Of a stretch of 64,000 nt of DNA, positions 60,885-64,000 are shown piece after piece. Position 1 is the first letter of the stretch. The number at the start of each line of letters is the position of its first letter. Source of the stretch: Ilumatobacteraceae bacterium (GTDB lineage: Bacteria > Actinomycetota > Acidimicrobiia > Acidimicrobiales > Ilumatobacteraceae); contig CAVYZS010000009.1 of assembly GCA_963773085.1 (NCBI GenBank), positions 3,743-67,742 of the forward strand. Direction: 5' to 3'. Under the pieces are notes generated by a model. It worked only from the letters and a program-made list of their open reading frames with translations. It was not told the origin of the DNA and did no database searches. The position numbers were made by a program, and so were the translations under genes.

Positions 60885-62324
60885 TCAGCCCGGCAGGGCG
60901 AACGAGCCTGACCGTCCGCGCAGGTCGGGGTCGCGGGGTAACAGCCGCTCGACGAAGACCCGCTGCGTCGATTCGACCACCAGAGGATGCCCGAGCGCCG
61001 TTGGATCCGAGACATCGATGGTGATCACGCCGCCGGCCGGAAGGTCGATTGCCTCCATGCCGGGAACCGGTACCTCTCCCCCGGTACCGAGCGTCTTCAC
61101 CGTGACCGTTCCAGGAGAGCCCGTCGCATTCAAGACGACCAGCACATCGGGGACTGCCAGGTCGGTGCCGATCGCCATGCTCCAACGGGTCGAGGCGAAC
61201 GCCGAAGGCGAGCCCATCACCACGGAGGTCGCTACCGTGTCGTCGGTCTGTCGGGTGATCGCCCGCTCGACGATGATCGAGCCGACGGTCTCGGTGGAGA
61301 AGACTGCTCCGTGCCGTCCGGCCGGCACGCCGACATCATCGGCGATCAGGGAGACAACTTTTCCAGCGGGGACGGTCAGCGGCTCAGGGTTAATGAAGCC
61401 GGCATTCGGATCGAGACCGAGAAACACAGCGTTGACGATCGCCTCGTTCGGCGAAGCGTTGTAGATGCTGTACCGCTCGATCACGTTGGGCGCGATCTCG
61501 CCATCCGCGAAGTAGAACTGATCGCCGAGGGAAGGTGCGCCCAGCGTCATGGTGAAGCCGGCCCGGCCGACCGATGCCAGGTATTCCTGGGCCCGCCCGA
61601 CGACTACACGCCCACGAGTGCTCGAGACGGTGATTGCCAAGACCAGCTCTCGTTTGGCAAGCAGGTCCTGGTTGATCACGAGGATGGAGTTGGCCCTGAC
61701 GAGCAGGCTCTGCAGAATGGCGGGCCGCCGACTCTCGGTGCTGGTCGCCTCGGCGATGCTGATGATCGCGTCGGACGGGAACGGGTTGGTGATCACCAGT
61801 TGTTCCTTGCTGCCCTCCACGGTGTAGCCATCGGCGAAGTACCAGGTCGATGACGTCGAGTTCGAGCACGGCGAGACGGCGCTCCCCGATGGACTGTCTG
61901 CACGCTGTTCGACGAATCCTCCACCGCCGTAGATCTCGACCATCGCCGAGACAAAGGTTCCCTGCGGTTGCAGTTGAGCGAGGTCGAACACCATGGTTCC
62001 ACGAGCCGGTACGTCGAACGGAGCAGAGACGGCAGCGACACCGAGCGCGTCGGTGAAGACGGTGATCTTGCCCGTCAGGGTGACCTCGCGGGGATTGGCA
62101 ACGATCGCGATTCCGCCCAGTTGCGCCTCACCGATGGGAACCCCAGCGCAGAACCATGCCGAGGTGACGAAGTCGCCGGCCGGGACGAACGGCATGGTGG
62201 GGCTACCCAGTCGGGAGAACTGGGCGGGAACGCTGTGCACGGGCTTCGAGCTCTGCAGGACGACGACTCCGACGATCGACGCCAGAACCATTGCACAGAC
62301 GACGAATCGGCGTACGGCGATCAT
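60885..62324 (-). CDS. DUF5719-like secreted/membrane-anchored protein
   Basis: 479 aa with N-terminal TM MIAVRRFVVCAMVLASIVGVVVL and a beta-rich body. It has the typical actinobacterial position, immediately downstream of a large glycosyltransferase/membrane protein. Confidence 0.6.
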   Translation of the reverse strand: MIAVRRFVVCAMVLASIVGVVVLQSSKPVHSVPAQFSRLGSPTMPFVPAGDFVTSAWFCAGVPIGEAQLGGIAIVANPREVTLTGKITVFTDALGVAAVSAPFDVPARGTMVFDLAQLQPQGTFVSAMVEIYGGGGFVEQRADSPSGSAVSPCSNSTSSTWYFADGYTVEGSKEQLVITNPFPSDAIISIAEATSTESRRPAILQSLLVRANSILVINQDLLAKRELVLAITVSSTRGRVVVGRAQEYLASVGRAGFTMTLGAPSLGDQFYFADGEIAPNVIERYSIYNASPNEAIVNAVFLGLDPNAGFINPEPLTVPAGKVVSLIADDVGVPAGRHGAVFSTETVGSIIVERAITRQTDDTVATSVVMGSPSAFASTRWSMAIGTDLAVPDVLVVLNATGSPGTVTVKTLGTGGEVPVPGMEAIDLPAGGVITIDVSDPTALGHPLVVESTQRVFVERLLPRDPDLRGRSGSFALPG

Positions 62325-64000
62325 TCGACACCCGCCTCGTGCTGCCCGGCCTCACGGCCGTCGACCTCGACCGGTTCGGGTTCGGTCTGCCACGACAGGG
62401 TCGCCAGGTCCGATTCTGGGTCCGACTCTGGGTCCGACTCTGGGTCCGACTCTGGGGCCGGCTCCGGACCCGGCTGGTCGAGCGGTGCGATAGGGGCGTC
62501 GATCGACAGCAGCGGCGCCCCCGGCTCGACCACATCACGTCGCCGGCGGCGGTTCAGGAGTGTTGCTGTGTCGAACCTGCTGACGCCGAGAGCGAGTGTC
62601 AGCCACACCACCAGCTGGACGATGAGCAGGAATGCCCGCGACGTCGCTGTGTTGTAACCCAAGGTGGCAGTGCCTTCCGATGCGACGTCATAACCCGTGG
62701 TTGCACCGAACGCCGGGCGCGGCACCAGCGACTGGTCACCCACCTTCAGCGACCAACGCTGGTCGACGGGGATCGCCACGGTCACGGTGCCAGGCACTGC
62801 GGCGAATTGCGCCGGCCCGTTGTCGGGGGCCCCGATGGCGACCGGCACCGCTGCCGAACTGAGTTCGAGTTGGGCGATCGACTCGAGACCGGCCCGGCGC
62901 GTCTCGTCGGCAACTGTCCCGGTGAACTGGGCACGCGTCGGGATCCACGCCGTGTTCTCGTAGACGACGAAGTTGAGCGGTCGGGTCAACGGAACGGCGA
63001 AGTCGAGTTGGTCGTCGAGCGCGTCGACGAGGCCCGCCGGGACGGGCAACGGCTGCTCGACAGTGCTGGCAGCGCCATCGGCGATCGGAACGACCACGTA
63101 GCGAATCGCGTACGGGGCGAGCAGTCGACCACCGCGAAGGGTCGACTCCGCCGCCAGTTGCTTGACGATGTCGCCCACCTCGCTCTCGGTCTTGGACGGC
63201 CTGCCGGGCCACGTCTCGTACTGGGTCAACGGACCGTCGTCGGTGATCGCGTAACCGATTCCGGGTTGCAGCGTCCAGGACGGAACCGGCATGACCCGCG
63301 GATCGCCGATCCAGAGGATGCGATAGTCACCGTCGGGCGGGTTGTCGGGAAACTGCCCGAGCACCGATGTCAGTGTCAACGTCGGCATCCGCCAGCGCCC
63401 GGAGCTGATCGCCGCTATCCCCGGCAACAGCCCGATCGCGACCGCAGCGGCTGTCAACAGCCCAACCGGCTGACGCCACCCGAAGGATCCGGCCAACACG
63501 TCGTCCTGGAAGGCGGCGGCAAGGCACGCGGCCGACAGCGCCAGGCCAACGGCAACGGGTGCCAACAGGATGCCCGGTTCGGGAAGCCGAATCCGCATTC
63601 CCCGATCGTCGAGGACGGCGAGCCAACCGAAGACGATGACGAGGCCGGCTGCGCGAATCGCCCACGTCAGACGCCAACTTCGGGCGACGAGCGGTGCGAC
63701 CAGCACCGGCAGGAACAGGGCGATCGCCAAGATGCCGAACTGCCCGTTGCCCAATCCGAAGCGGGCCAGGCGAGCGACCCCGAGACCGTGGCTGCCGACC
63801 GAGCCTGCGGGTAGACCGTCGGCGACCGGCGACGGAACCCCGGCGATGAGATCCCACCCGTGAGGCCCGAACAACGACGAGGCCCATGGCAGATTGGCGA
63901 TGAACCCGAGGACGGCGGCGGCGATGGCGACGGACACCATGATCAGTGACGAGCGCCAGGAACCTCCACCGATCAACGAGCTGCCAGCGAGCACGACGCC
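62321..64000 (-). CDS. C-terminal part of a large membrane protein (continues beyond the right edge; likely the membrane/extracellular part of a glycosyltransferase-family envelope protein)
   Basis: The frame is open to the window edge. It has several TM helices (LAIALFLPVLVAPLVA, GLVIVFGWLAVL, LLAPVAVGLALSAACLAAA, LLTAAAVAIGLLPGIAAI), a soluble domain, a last TM (AFLLIVQLVVWLTLALGV) and an acidic PESD-repeat tail. Confidence 0.6.
   Translation of the reverse strand, partial: GVVLAGSSLIGGGSWRSSLIMVSVAIAAAVLGFIANLPWASSLFGPHGWDLIAGVPSPVADGLPAGSVGSHGLGVARLARFGLGNGQFGILAIALFLPVLVAPLVARSWRLTWAIRAAGLVIVFGWLAVLDDRGMRIRLPEPGILLAPVAVGLALSAACLAAAFQDDVLAGSFGWRQPVGLLTAAAVAIGLLPGIAAISSGRWRMPTLTLTSVLGQFPDNPPDGDYRILWIGDPRVMPVPSWTLQPGIGYAITDDGPLTQYETWPGRPSKTESEVGDIVKQLAAESTLRGGRLLAPYAIRYVVVPIADGAASTVEQPLPVPAGLVDALDDQLDFAVPLTRPLNFVVYENTAWIPTRAQFTGTVADETRRAGLESIAQLELSSAAVPVAIGAPDNGPAQFAAVPGTVTVAIPVDQRWSLKVGDQSLVPRPAFGATTGYDVASEGTATLGYNTATSRAFLLIVQLVVWLTLALGVSRFDTATLLNRRRRRDVVEPGAPLLSIDAPIAPLDQPGPEPAPESDPESDPESDPESDLATLSWQTEPEPVEVDGREAGQHEAGVE
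62408..62455 (-). repeat. In-frame tandem 12-bp repeat (gtccga[c/t]tctgg x4, followed by degenerate copies) encoding (PESD)4 in the C-terminal tail
   Basis: Counted directly: 62408-19 (variant copy), 62420-31, 62432-43 and 62444-55. Confidence 0.85.

Overview
GC-rich chromosomal segment with strong G/C third-position bias. Gene content and order fit an Actinomycetota genome, possibly Acidimicrobiia-like; that placement is inference only. I count about 58 protein-coding genes. They are densely packed and many have 1-4 nt start/stop overlaps. By eye I found no rRNA, tRNA, CRISPR array, integrase or transposase. Layout: (1) 1-1.9 kb holds the N-terminus of a molybdopterin oxidoreductase, a small conserved hypothetical and a YafY/WYL regulator. 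(2) 1.9-7.7 kb holds a four-gene circularly permuted ATP-grasp / alpha-E / transglutaminase cluster. (3) 7.7-10.9 kb holds LLM oxidoreductase-kbl-tdh. (4) 10.9-13.0 kb holds a secreted protein with three tandem ~118-aa repeats, with a paralog at 51.3-52.8 kb. (5) 13-26 kb is an oxygenase and transporter-rich stretch: TauD/gamma-butyrobetaine-hydroxylase-like, PhyH, membrane di-iron hydroxylase, FAD oxidoreductase, three MFS, EamA, dienelactone hydrolase, acyl-CoA-dehydrogenase-like, plus one DUF222-HNH selfish-type gene. (6) 26.3-32.9 kb is a tightly coupled six-gene operon (GcvT-like, CrtI-like FAD oxidoreductase, unknown methyltransferase-like protein, YbaK-like, DUF1537 kinase, PdxA-like) with a divergent TetR. 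(7) 33.6-42.7 kb holds CoA/lipid genes, modBC, psuG, cofE, menB and a truncated hemoglobin. (8) 42.8-64 kb is a housekeeping and envelope block: ftsEX, prfB, secA, comF, ahcY, Trm112, manB, a large GT-C-like membrane protein, CPBP protease, DUF3499, ftsH, DUF5719 and the C-terminus of a large membrane protein. The most striking sequence-level feature is at least 15 apparent frame breaks inside otherwise well-conserved genes. secA is broken twice. Several breaks sit at short homopolymer runs, which points to an indel-prone assembly rather than genuine gene decay, but this needs read-level verification. The best candidates for poorly understood biology are the ATP-grasp/alpha-E/transglutaminase cluster, the six-gene 26-33 kb operon and the paralogous secreted repeat proteins.
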